Below, in pieces: positions 41,191-53,849 of a stretch of DNA of 64,000 bases. Source of the stretch: Lama glama. Its lineage: Eukaryota. Positions within the stretch are counted from its first letter, which is position 1. Every line of letters starts with the position of its first letter. The notes under the pieces were generated by a model. That model had not been told where the DNA came from. It searched no databases and was given only the letters and a program-made list of their open reading frames with translations. The stretch spans positions 4,774,001 through 4,838,000 of the forward strand of contig CM052836.1 in NCBI GenBank assembly GCA_028534125.1. Reading direction: 5' to 3'. The position numbers were made by a program, and so were the translations under genes.

Positions 41191-41709
41191 GGCGGAAGGA
41201 TGGAGCTAGCGGAGTGGGCGAAGAGGAGAGCAGATCAGGGAGAGTTTCCCTGGCTCAGCCCACCCTGTTTCTTTGCCTCACGCCCTCCTCCCATGGGATC
41301 ACAATAGGCAGAGCCACTGAAAAGAGGGACAAGAGGATGAATTAAGCCACCCTCCGCAAGGTTGGCCTGGATCAGTGGCAGTACGGAGTGGTTCAGAGGC
41401 GCTGCCTCCCCACTGTTACTGCTCAGTGTCCTGCATTTTTCCATGCGGCTTTTGGGTTCAGATGATTTTCACGTGCTAATGTGAAAATGCTATGTGAGTT
41501 TGGTGACGCATTAACCTACCTTCAGTTACACAAGGGCATGAAGCCGTCAGACTTTTATTTTCCAACTGGAGGCTGGCGGAGTGCAGAGTTGCAGAATATG
41601 AGGGGTGCGGCATGGAACAGGAAGGTAAGGAGGCCAGCCCAGAGCCCAGGGTAAACAGCCTGGGGGATTGAGCGGTGGCGATGGAAGGGGACAGGTCTGG
41701 AAGGCTAGA

Positions 41710-41860
41710 CCTGTGCTTCTCTGACTTCGAGGTACACACAGATGGCCCGAGGAGCTTGTTACCATGCAGATTCTGCTTCACTGGGTCTGGGTGCATCCTA
41801 AGACTGTGATTTCTAACAAGCTCCCAAGTGACACCATTGCTGCCAGTCCAAGGACCTCCC
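41710..41860. mobile_element. MER5A-like MITE
   Basis: gagcttgttaccatgcagattctg...gggtctggg...tttctaacaagctcccaagtgac...gctgccagtccaaggacc. Confidence 0.8.
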
Positions 41861-43430
41861 CCCTGCCCACTGCCACCAGCAGCGAGGAGCTGAGGACTCA
41901 GGGCAGCTCCGGGACGGAGATGGAGGATGTGGTGAGGAGGACACAGAGGCCACTGTAGGCCACATGATCTACTCCATTTTTTTTTTCCTAGGGACTTCTG
42001 ACCTCACGTGGGTCTGGGCCCTTCTCTCACTCTGAAACCCATTCGTGTTTTAAATGCCATACTTGCCAAAAGACCTCTCTCTCCCTCCATCCCAAGACCC
42101 TGTAAAAAGGTCTGTTCCTCCAGCTCTGTACCTGTTTATGCCAATTTTCCCTGCAGGCCTCTCTGTGTGGGAAAAAGGATCAGGGTTCGGGGAAGGTTCG
42201 GTAGCAGATAGTGACTCAACCTCATTATACCCCCATCAGTGCTTATCGCCCAAGAAAAGCCATTGGGGAAGATTTATTGGGCAATAGGAACCCAAGAGTA
42301 TTTTGCTAACGGTGCCCCTGGTCACCTCCTCTCTGCCCCCTCCATGGCTGCCTGTTCCTGGTGAGCCCAAGGCTGTGGGGGGGTCTGCTGAAATTTCCAT
42401 GTGGTCTAACTGGGTGGCCGCCATCCCTCGGTGCCTGGTCTGCTCAACAGCTTAACAGAGGCCCCACGGGGAGACACACGGGGGGCTGTTTGTCTAGGGA
42501 AGGAGGCTCTGACCTTCTCACAAGCTCTCCGGCTGCCAGAAGCAATTTGAGACCAACTCTCTCCCACTCCCTCCAGCTCTCAGCAACACCCTCCCCAGAA
42601 AATTGGGCGGCCACCAAAGATGGTACCCCAAAATGATGGTATCCTGGCCGGATGATTATCTGAGAAGGGGGCAGAGCCAATTTCTGGGGATGGAGTGGGT
42701 GCACATCCCTCTGGGATAAGGGGCTAGGAGCTAAGACTGTGCTTGGCTCTTTAGGGGGTTCTACTGACCCCTGTGACTAGACGGGGACTGGGATCATGAG
42801 AGGCTATCTTGCAAAGGAAACTGCCTTCTTCCAGAACTACCAACCGGAGCTCCTTTGACAGACACTTTTCTGGAAATCATTTAGGACAACATAGCAACAG
42901 ACCACTGAGCAAGAAGTAAGTCGCTCAGCCAGGGGTTCATATTTGGCCCGAGGCAAGTCCTGCCCAATGCAGGCAAACACCATCCTGGTGTTTTTCACAG
43001 ACCATAAGGGAAAGGGCCACCCAGGCATGAGGGGAAGGATGGGGAGGTCCTTCTAGACCACCCTGCAGTGCCCTGATGCCTGAAATGCTCTGGACATCTG
43101 TAAAGGCTTTCATCCCATTCATATATTTATCCAGGTTCCCATCCCACCTGAAGGGGCTCAGAGAGGGGAACGAGGGGAGATGGAGAACGATCCAGAAGGC
43201 ATGGAGAGAGGGGATGCTGGAGAGGGCAACGTTCAGAACCAGGAGGTAAGTGGCACTCCTATTTAAAATTCACAGAATTGGGTATTGAAAGACCTGAGAC
43301 ATCATTTTAGAAGTGGGGAAACTGAGGTTCAGAAAATCTAAATGACTCCTCCAAAATCACACGTTAGTGACCAAGTCAGAACTTGAACCCAGGTCTCTCA
43401 ATCTGTCGGTTGGTTTTATTTCTATCTCTT

Positions 43431-43530
43431 TTCTTTTCTTTCTTTTTTTAAAAATTTTTTTAATAAATTGAACCCAGGACCTTGTGCATGCTAAGCATGC
43501 ACTCTACCACTAAGCTATTTCCCTGCTCGG
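43431..43530 (-). mobile_element. Vic-1-like SINE with perfect 13-bp TSD, beside a MIR (43300-43400)
   Basis: ttgaacccaggaccttgtgcatgctaagcatgcactctaccac. ATTTCTATCTCTT at 43418-43430 and 43531-43543. Confidence 0.9.
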
Positions 43531-44279
43531 ATTTCTATCTCTTAAAACATGTGATTTCTACTATAAAATGTTTTAAACAGTCAAGAAATGCAGAGGTAAT
43601 TTCTATCACTTAATTTATGGCATGTACTTTTTTTTTTTAAAAGAAATAAAATGTTCAGGCATGACCAGAGTTCCCCTGCCAGAGTTTTACTTCTGTGACC
43701 TGCCAATGGGCATGGTAAGGCCTTAAAAGAAAAACAAAAACCTGTTCGTGGATTCTCTTGGCAGAGCCGGCAGGTAGCTGATTGATAAGCAGGAAAAACT
43801 GAGGGGTCAGATCAAGCATGACACTGCTTCTCTCCGGAGACCTCTGGATGGAATCCACTCCTGCAAGAAGAGGCAGGGGAGGGCAGGGGGAGTGGGGTGG
43901 CGGAAGGCGTGGGTGCTGGCCTTTCACTTCTGAGCTTGGCTCCCTGAGAAACTAGCCGCAGTCGGCACGGTGGGTCCCGCACACCCCTGACGGCTGTCTC
44001 CCGCAAACAGGGGTAGAAGCCCCTGGTACCATCTGAGTTCTGAGCAGGAGAAGGAGTGTGGACAGAGTGGCCGGGGATGGAGAAGGAGCCCAGGTGAGAT
44101 ACCTGATCTTCACAGACTTGCCCACTTCCTCTAGGGAAGGCTCAGCGCCAAATGGGGAAACTGGCCCATTCAGTGTCCCGCCGTTTTAGGGCGACGTAGC
44201 ATTTCACCAGGACTGCGTGAAATAGATCTTTCTCAACCAGTGAAATTCGGTGATACAGACACCCTGGGCCTGGTGCTAA

Positions 44280-44490
44280 AACAATAGTACCTGAAACTTA
44301 CCTGACATTGAAAATGTGCTTTACAGTCCTTTTCTTATATTAACTCACTTAGTTTTTACAACAACCCTCTGAATAGGTACTACCCACTGAATAGGTACTA
44401 TCATACTCCCAATTTACAGAAGGAGAAAGCGAGGCACAGAGAAGTTGACTAACTTTGCTGCAGTCACTCAGCTAACAGGTGCCAAGCCAA
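44280..44490. mobile_element. MIR
   Basis: acaacaaccctctgaataggtacta...cccaatttacagaaggagaaagcgaggcacagagaagttgactaact. Confidence 0.85.
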
Positions 44491-45105
44491 GATGCACATC
44501 AAGCAAACTGGCCCTGGATCCTCCTCAGTAGCAGGACAATTTTCAGATAAAATTTTATGTGGACGCCAAATGTCTGACAGATAAAGGCAAGTCTGCAGCC
44601 ACTGAGCAGAGGTGAGGTGCTGGTGACCCCTCCCCTCCACACACACTGAGACCCCTCTGTCCCGGCGCTGGTCCTGGGAACTCTCACAGTGTTTCAGAAG
44701 CTGGTTTGAAAGCCACTAGACAAGGGGGCTCTTCAACTGACCCTCAAAGACTGGCAGCTTCAGGATGGGAGGCTGCACGGAGGAGGTGGGCCTTTAAAGA
44801 GACACATGGAGAGGACTGGAGCAGGTGGAGCAGAGGAGGAAGGGTCTGCCTGGTAATTGTAGCAGCCCACAATCTATACCCACAGGCCACTCGGGGGCTT
44901 TGGAGGGTTTGGAGCAGAGAGAAGGTGTACCATCAAATTCGTGTTTTAGGAAGACAGTGCTGGTGGCAATGGTGACAGACTGCATCAAGGGAATCAGGAC
45001 ACAGGCTGACCTGGGACAGTGAGAGTGAGGGCCTGTGTAGTAGATACTGCAAAGGAACAGCTGTTGTGGGGCCTATAGGGTGGCCTTTGGCCTCCAAGAG
45101 ACCAG

Positions 45106-45217
45106 TTTATTTATTTGTTTGTTAAACGTTGTTTTAAATGGAGTTACTGAGGATTGAACCCAGGACCTTGGGTATGCAAAGCATGCGCCCTACCACGGAG
45201 CTATACCACCCCCCCCC
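45106..45217 (-). mobile_element. Vic-1-like SINE
   Basis: ggattgaacccaggaccttgggtatgcaaagcatgcgccctaccacggagctatacc. Confidence 0.88.
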
Positions 45218-45676
45218 GCCACCGCCCCACTGAAAGAGGCCAAGTTTAAACCCTGGCTCTGCCGTTTTCCCGGAGCAGGTTCTTGGCCGCTCCTGGTCCA
45301 AGTTACCTCCTCTGATAAGTGGGAGTGATAAGAGCTGGCTGCTGTGCAGTCACGTCCTGCCCTGCGGATCAAGCGGGGTCTTGTGTGTGATTCTAAGTGA
45401 GTGTCCAGACCAAGGACAGCTCCAGCCAGTGTGATCCCCAGTCGCCCCAGTGGGTCATGTCAGTTTCCCCATCAGGACTGAAGGAGAAGGCGCAGGCCAA
45501 GCCATCCACCAGCTGCCCGAGAAAAGCTTTGTCAACCGTTTCCTCGGGCCCACGATCTGGCCTTGAAGCTGAGAGTGTGTGAGGAGAGGGCTGTGTGAAG
45601 AAGTCCCTTTCTGCCTGGGTTGTGGGTGGGTGCTGGAGACCAGCTCTGGAAGCATGGTCCTGAGGGTTGGGATTCT

Positions 45677-45837
45677 TTTTTTTTTTTTTCAGTATTCTTT
45701 TTGTTTTATTTTTTAGTGGGGGAGGTAATTAGATTTATTGATTTATTTACTTATTTTAAGGGAAGTACTGGGGATTGAACCCAGGACCTTGTGCATGCTA
45801 AAGCGTGCGATCTACCACTGAGTTATACCCTCCCCCT
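45677..45837 (-). mobile_element. Vic-1-like SINE, long-tail form, 17-bp TSD (1 mismatch)
   Basis: ct(g/a)agggttgggattct at 45660-45676 and 45838-45854, with a canonical SINE body. Confidence 0.92.
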
Positions 45838-46879
45838 CTAAGGGTTGGGATTCTGTTCCTTAAATTTTGGGGCTTGGAGTTGAGGGGAGCTGCTGAGGGG
45901 GAGGAGAAGCAGGCATCTCGGGAGCAGAGCCTTCTGTGGGTGGTGGGGGACGGAAGCAAGTCGTGGTCTGTGTGCTCCCTCACCACCACTTGCACAAAAT
46001 AAAGGCTGGGGCAGCCAGTAGGGGACGGTTGCAGACCTGTGGGCTGGTTTGGGTGCATAAGGATAGTCCAGCCGCCCTGGGGACAGTGGATGTGCGTTCA
46101 CGCTGAGGCCGATGCAGGTCAGCCTCTGCCAACTTTGATCTTCCTGGAGGGAGCCGTGTTCTTCTTGTCCTCTTAGGGTCCCTCTCCATCGCAGCCAAGT
46201 GCTACTGCTCACAGCCTGGGGGCAAGCCTACAGCTGCGTCACAGCCCAGCCCCCCGCGGAGCCTTGGCCCTGCTCTGCAGGTCAGGCTATTTTCAGGTCA
46301 GAAGGCTATTACTCGATTAGGTAGGAAAATGTAAAGGGCCCAAGGGTTGTGTTGCCTCGATTCTTCACTTGGGATAAGAGCTGCTGCTATTAAAGGCCGT
46401 GATCAGTGGGATTCCACAAGAGGATGGCAGATTACAAGGTCCACCATCTGCAAGAGACGAAATCTACTTCTCCAAGAGAGGCCACATAACACGAAGGTGG
46501 CATTAGAGGTGGGCTTCCTGCCACGGGGGTGTCTCTACTGCCCCTGTTTTCCATTTGTTGCCTCAGAGATGAGAATGTGACCCCCAGAGACAGAATGAAA
46601 TGATGCAAAGTGATGCCCATCTCAGAGGGCATAGCCTGGGTCACTGTCTAGATTTATGGACTAGACGGAGGCATCTCCTTACACCACAGCCAAGGTCTAG
46701 GAAGAGAGGGTCCAACCCAATACACTGCAGTCCACCTCCTCCCCTGTAAAACCTGCTCTTACAGGGAACTCTTCAGATGGTGCATTTGAGGATTACGGGT
46801 GAGTGAATTGCCCCGGGGCAGGATAACGCTCAAGAAGAAAGCATTCTGCAGCTGAGGCTGACCTTTCAAAGCGCCCCCA

Positions 46880-47250
46880 CACTTGGTATCTTGCCTGATA
46901 CACACCATGTCCTGTGATGAAGAGCTGGCTTGGTTTTTCAACCTGGAGTTGGAAGGAAAATGACATTTCCTCTCTGATTATGCAGCTGTAAGGATGTGAT
47001 TCTGAGCTGCCAGTAGCTGTGTGCTGGGCAGTGGTTTCAGCTGGCTCAGGAGAACAACGAAGCTGACCTGGCAGAGCGAAGTGGACATGAGAAGTGGGCA
47101 GGGTGTAAATGGGGAAACTCCAGCCTCTGCTTCCAGCCAGCCTCACATAAGCCTTCCTGCCACTCAGCTCTGGGGGCCAAGAAAATGCCTTGAAATTTTT
47201 GCTCATGCTGGTATGAGTTGGGTTCCTATCACAACCCAGAAAGTCACAGA
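46880..47250 (+). mobile_element. Old MaLR LTR (MLT1J/K-like) fragment
   Basis: Ends with tgctcatgctggtatgagttgggttcctatcacaacccagaaagtc, typical of old MLT1 3' ends. Confidence 0.55.
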
Positions 47251-49769
47251 TAACCACTAGTGTAACTAACTCCATTCTCCCCAAGATGAAGTTGAAGCCG
47301 GGAAAGATGAAGTCAACTCACCATCCATGGCTGAGCTGGTCCACAGCAGAGCTAAGCCAGAATTGGGGAGATTTAACCCATGGTCAAAGTGGTCTCCAAC
47401 TCAGGGACAGTTAGGAACCTTATCTCTGAGTCAAAAACAGTTCAATGTGATGAACCAGTCAGATCAGTTTCCCTGCAGGGTGTTTGAGCAAGAGCCTGGA
47501 GAGGGGGTGAAAACGAAGACAGAGCTGCAGTCTAATCTCGTGATATTTGCTTTAGTATCCCTTCAGAGTTAGCATCCCTCACCCAGACAGTTATAGTTTA
47601 GATACACAAGTTCACTGGGGAGTTGTACACAGGACAAGTGGGTTCACATTCAGACCATAACTTACAAGATTTGTGACCTTAGGTACGTCCCTCACTTTTC
47701 CTGGTTTCCTCAGCTGTGTGAGAGTGAATACTTCTGTATATGATGATCACGTGAGACAGTATTTATGGGGGACGTCTGTGTCCTGGAAAGCACCCCTGCA
47801 GACCTTGTAGCCACGAGCATCGTAGCGTTATCATAATGCTATTAATGTTTGTCACACTGAAACCATGGCCAACAGCTGTTGTCCATGGAGCCCTTAAACC
47901 TTTGATTTCACTGTCTCCTTCCTTCCACTCCCAACTGGTCATATCCAAACCGGAAGACAAAGCGGTTGACCTGAAAAAGAACTCTGAAACATTGCCCAAA
48001 TCCAGAAGCAGAGGCTTTGGGTGGTGGCCCAAGGAATTGGGGGAAATCCCTTTCCCCCATAGTGGGAAACTGGAGGCAAGGGTGTCCCCTGGTGGGCAGT
48101 TTAAGTGCTGCAAGCAGAGGCAGAGGGTTAGTCCACTGGCACTGTTCTCTCCAACGCAAACGTTCCTGGGTTATATGTGTTATTTTTTGTCATGTGTTTA
48201 CAGGACTGACTCTGATTGCAGATGCTCGGCAGAGAGCAGGGCCCCATGGAATCTCTGTGACCTCTTACATCCCAAACATCGGAAGATGCTCCTTAGACCA
48301 GACCTTTCCCCTCTGATGACTCTCTCTAGGGTGGGGATGAAAATATTGGAATCAGAAAGAAGCCCAGCCAGTGAGAGAACATGCGTTGGATGCTCAGTCC
48401 CTAAAATATAGCTGTATGTTTCGCTGGTTAAATAACAGCAACTCCATACAAGGAAGCCAGACAGCAACCTCTCACTCATTTGTTCAATCAACAAACGGTA
48501 TTGAGCCTCTCCTCCATGACAGGCACAGGGTGGGTCAGAAACATACCAGGGTCTGAGATAGATCTGAGGCTGATTGTTTAGAAGGGACAACGGACGCAGA
48601 GAGTAAATGCATTATGATGGGAGGTTCAAGATGCTCCAGGAGTAGGTCCCAGGAGACCTGACCCACAGGGAACGCTCAAGGGAGGCAGAAGAGCGTTCGG
48701 AGAAGGACAAGAAACAGGAGCCATCAAAGGAAAGGTTCACCTCTGGCCCCCAAAGCCCTCACCTTGGATTCCAATCTCCTGGGCCCTAGAGTTTCAGGCA
48801 ATTAAGCTGGACTGGTGACAGGAGGAAGCAGGAGCCGTGGGAGCGTGGATGGGAAGGAAGCAGGTTTGACTGAGACCAGCTTATGAGGATGACCCCACGG
48901 GGACTGAGTCAGAAAGCGCTCCGAGGTCTGTGGCTGGGCTGCTGGCATCTTAGCTTTTCTCATAGTGGAATCTGGACAGTGTCACTAAGACCACATCCTT
49001 CTCTCGGGCTGAGGGTGGAGGGACTGGCCAGAGTGTAAACAAAGAGTCAGGAAAGGGAGGCAGAGGGACTTCCCACGAAGCTCTCTGCCGGAGGTGGGGG
49101 AGGTGGGACAGAGGAGACACAGCTCCGCGCTGAATTCTCCCCACTCTCAGGCATTGGCCATTGAAAGCACGAATCAGCGTGTCTGGGGGTACAAAGTCAG
49201 AAGGAAATGTAGGCAAAAATGGACAAGGGGGCACAAACGCAGGAACATTGAAAGACTCTGTTTGCTCACAAGTGCCTGAAAATGCAGTTGTATCCCTCCT
49301 GCCCCCTCCCACCCTCGGCTTCAAACTCCTCCCTCCTCGATGCTTTCCAAAAGGCTCCCACCCCTCTTACGCATTTCCCCCTCAGGAAACAAAGAAAGAG
49401 GTGTCACTCAAGGGTCGTCTGATTTGTGTAAGGACTCAAACTCCCTGTTGGGTCTTCAGTGGAAGTAACCCAAGACCAGGGGGCCGAGGGTCTGGGGTCT
49501 AGTCCCAATTCTGTCACTAACTTCCAGTGTGGCTGTCACCTTTCTGGCCCTCGGACTCTTCCTTTGCAGATGGGAACAGTGACATGTGCTGCCCCAGATG
49601 GAGGTGGGGAGTCCACGATGAGATCATACGACAGTTAAAAGGCTGTTGTTACATAAGTGAAAATCTCTGCAAGGATGGATCCTTGCTCTGTAAGGTGTAA
49701 CAGTTCCTAGAAGCCAGGACCAAAGCCAGCCAGAGAATACAGCCGTGCATGTGGGAAAAGGTACCACTA

Positions 49770-50280
49770 GCAGCATTCTGTGTTACAGCATCCAGCTGGA
49801 AACTATGTGCCTTTTCAGTAAACACATGCATTGAGGTACCTGCACATTGGAACAGCATGTAGCCATGTGAATGAGCAAACTCAAGCTCCACTCAAGCAGG
49901 TGGATAAATCTCACAAACATCAAAAAAGGCAGCAAGTCACTAACGAATACATGAATACGCGGGCTATGATTCTATTTATGTAACATCTATAATCAGGCAA
50001 AATTGAGGGATGTGTCCATAAGGTTAAATCCATACGGAGAAGCCTGTAAATTATTATCACAAAAGTCAGAATAGCTGGTTTCTTCTTTGGCGAGGGAAGG
50101 AGGGAAGGGGCTTGCATTCTTGCAGGGGGATGGGGAGAAGGGCTGTTGGGGAGCTGGGACCCCTTATTTCTTGCCTTGTGTGGGAGTTACATCTGTATTC
50201 ACTTTATGATTATTTTTTTGAATTGTGCATACATGTTTTATGTAGTCTTCTGGATATATGACCTATCCTACAATTTAAAA
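49770..50280 (+). mobile_element. Ancient L1 (L1ME-like) 3' region
   Basis: ggataaatctcacaaacat...tatgattctatttat...tcacaaaagtcagaatagctggtt. Confidence 0.65.
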
Positions 50281-52849
50281 ATAATAAGGGCATCTGAAAT
50301 CCATTGGGAGCCACCCCAAATTAGAATAATAGCCTCAGCGATCCACCTCTTCAATTTGGTAAAGAAAGGAGAGACCGAAGCCCAGAGAGGTTACAAGGCT
50401 TGCTCAGGGTCACACAGTGCGTCTCTAGTCTAACTGGGGTAGAACGAAGTCAGACAACTCCTAACTCTGGTCCTCCACCACCTCCCGTCTCTCCGAAGAG
50501 GCTTCTTTATGAGATGGTGGGGAGGAAGGGGCACCGCCTTTTTGCCTGTTTTGTGAAAAATTAAAAAAGCGAGTTACTAGGCTGATAGAATGAAGATCTG
50601 GCATAAACTCTGGGGATGGTAAACACTTTTCAAGTGGAGTTTTTAAAGATTTAAATATGTACCCTCAACATGATATCACGATAATGACAAAATTATGAAA
50701 AATAAATACCGGGAATCTCCGGCAACCCTGAGATCTAGGGTTCGACTTGTGCTCAGTGTGATTTTCAGATGGTATCGGATGAAGCTGGTTTGAAGGGAGT
50801 GGGGGGTCGGGCGGGGGGAGGAAGGACAGGGAGCCAGGAAGTCTGCAATTTTATTGACTTACCCACCTGGCCTAGGTGAGACCCCAGCCCTGGGACAGTC
50901 AGGAAGGGAACCTCTGCTATCTCTCTGAGAGCTTTTTTGTTTTGTTTAGAGGTCAATTACTTCCCATTTGGGGAACTTGTGAACATTAAGAGGTGACTGG
51001 AGTGACGGGACTGAACGATGCAGATAAGAGGCTGACTGCTTACAGAGCAGCGCCCTGATGAGAGCCCTGCCTGGGATAAGCTGTGGTCGGCAAGACACAC
51101 AAAGAGGGGCAGCTTTCAGTGCAAGGGAGAGATTACAGGACGAAAGATGGGCAGCTGAGGGTGGGCTTGAAGGGCTGGGAGAGGGATGTGTTTTAAAGCG
51201 ATCCTGACAGGCAGAAAGTGGGGAGAGGGGAGAAGGGAGTTTTCCTTCACTCTCCTTCCCTTTTGGAAAGAAATCTCCTTGGCGTCCTGTGAACCTCAAA
51301 CTTCCGCGATCTCACCTGAAGAAAAAGCCATGTGGGTTGCACACGGACAAGGTTTTGTTTGTTTGTTTTGTTTAGGCCAGCAAATATGGATGCCACGGCA
51401 ATCTGGGCAGCAGAACAGAAAATGTGGCAGGTCAATGGAACATCTTGGGTGTATAAGAAAGCAACACCTTCTCCTGCCTCCTGCATCTCTTCCGCCAACT
51501 GAATGCAATTGACAAAGTCCCAGAAGCCAGCCTTGAGCTTTATCTCAAACTACTATGAAATAGGACTCCAGCTTTGGCATGTGCCCATTTACTTTTCTCC
51601 ATTCCCATACCCTAGACCTTTCTCAGAACTTCTCCCAGTAAATAATGTCATTCTCACCCTCATTACCGGGCTTAATCCACCGCCTCTAAGCGCTGTCTCT
51701 AAGCACCCAGCTCACACTGGATTTTTCTCTTTCTAGGGAGTGTATTGTCTGTCTGACTTGACATGCAGTATACGCCACCTTGTATTTTTAGATACCTTTC
51801 TCGTGTTAGTCTCTGGTATTCAATTAGATAGTAAATTCCTTTAGGGCGGCAGCCAAAGTTTATTTTCTTTTGTGTCGTATGTTCGGCGATGACTGAGTTA
51901 GTGATGACTGAATTAAGCCTCTGTCCCCTTCACTCACAGCCTTGACCACAGCCATCGCTCTTCCTCCTGGGCTCTTCTTCGTGGCGCAAAGCCTGGAGGG
52001 GGCGCGGGAGGCACGGTCTATTCAGAACAACACAGTCTGATAACTGCTCCTTGGGTTACAAGCGGGTGGGAGGGTGAAGGAAACAGCATTGATTAATTTC
52101 CTACCCTGCACCACGTACTTTGCTAGATCCATACGATGATGACCTACATTTCCGGGTAAGGACTTTACCCAAAGGAAAGCAACAAAGAATTTTTAAAAAT
52201 TAACATAGAGTATTTTAGAATCTCATCTTGGGAAATTTTAATACAACTCACTGAACAAATGAGGGCCAGACGGTTACTCAGTGGTGGTACTGAGCTTAAA
52301 CTCAACTGTCGTGAATCTAAGGTCAATGTCCACGAGTAATTTTCCTCTTATGAGGAATACCCCTCAAAGGGAAAGGAGAATATTACACTGTATGACCATT
52401 TTCTCATGATGGAGACTTTAACTGTTATCTCTCTCTCTTCTTTTTTTTTAAATCTTAGTTTGATTGACCAAAGAATATTTATTGATACTATTTATTGACT
52501 ACTTCCCTAACTGAAAGTACTTTTTAATCCCAGGGACACAACACTAACTATAATTGAAAGACGCTGTGGGGTGTTTCTAAATGCACTTTTGTTAACAGAT
52601 TTTTATGGAGAAATAGAGAAAAGGAATGAAGACAAAGTGGTGAGAAAATGTAAGGAAATGGTGGTAAGGAAAAATACGAACGCCTAACCTTGTTTTTAAC
52701 TTACACGTAAACTTTAAGAGATGTCAGCTGCCGATACTCAGGCATCGTTTACATAGGACCAAGCATCCCCTGTTTCCCACGCTGGTAAAAAAAAAAAAAA
52801 AAACAAACCAGGGCACATTCAGAAATGAGAGACTGCAGAGCCAGAACAA

Positions 52850-52873
52850 TTTAATGGAATATTAGAATTTATT
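52850..52873 (-). terminator. Candidate NKX2-6 poly(A) signals (AATAAA 52873-52868, ATTAAA 52855-52850)
   Basis: First AATAAA I could find downstream of the stop (~1.3 kb). Followed on the minus strand by TGGTTTGTTTTTTTT (U/GU-rich). Confidence 0.5.
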
Positions 52874-53849
52874 AAATAATAGAATTTAACTTTTGACAAA
52901 TCAGTGGTCCAGGAGATGAAAGACCAGAGTTTTTCATTGTCTAAAAAATATCCCAGAAAAAAGAAGAGTCTGGTTTGCCGACTAGGACCTACCAAAGACA
53001 ACTTTCTTATTTGATCCCAAATTCCTTTTAATAAAATGAGTTTCTTTTCCATCTTCAGTTTGCCTGACTTCAGATATATTTGCATTTTGAGGTGGGTGGT
53101 GGTTATAATTTCCCCTAAAGTTCAGGCTTCCTGCCCATCCTGTTAGGAACTGAGCACAAGTGGAGGCCTCCTTTCCTGATGAAGACTTTAGAAACCTACT
53201 ACGTTCTGAAAGAAAACCTACAGAGGCGGGAGAGGGGTGGGGAGTGATGACGGAAGAAATCAGGTAACCTCTCCAGAGCTGAATCCAAGTTTTGTCTCTC
53301 TAGGGAATCCTGTATGTTCTGAAGATTCAGAACTTCTGGGTTTCATGTTTAATTTGAAGTTGTTTAGAAGTAACCTAGAGGTGGATGGATTCCAATGGGG
53401 TACACACAAGGCAAACACACACAAATATATTGAGTCTATTTACTCAGAGATGCTGAGCTGCATACAAGAGAGAAGCTCCACTTACAGTGAGGGAATAACC
53501 AGAACGTGGCAGGTACCTTCTGGAGATCAATGGGGGCTCCAGGAAAAAAGCTTTCCACTGGGTTAATACCGAGTCCCAGGAGTGCAACCGTGGAGGGAAG
53601 AGGGGGGAGATCAACCCTACAGGGGCGCATGGCTCACACCCCAACACCTCCTGGGTCCTCCTCTTCCAGGCTCTTCATCCCCCTTCCCTCGCCCATCTCT
53701 TTCTCTCCTTCTTCCCCTCCACCTGTTGCCGTTAACTGGGGGATCGGGGATCCGGAGAGCACCCCCATCACCACCACCCTCACCCCGGGCTGCCGTGCAC
53801 AAATTAAAGAGCCTCTTTGCCCCTGGGTTTGAGGGCCGAAAAGTGACCT

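Noticed and set aside
47836-48411. 191-aa ATG-initiated intergenic ORF
   Set aside because: No recognisable homology, no supporting promoter or splice structure. An ORF of this length is plausible by chance in 64 kb.
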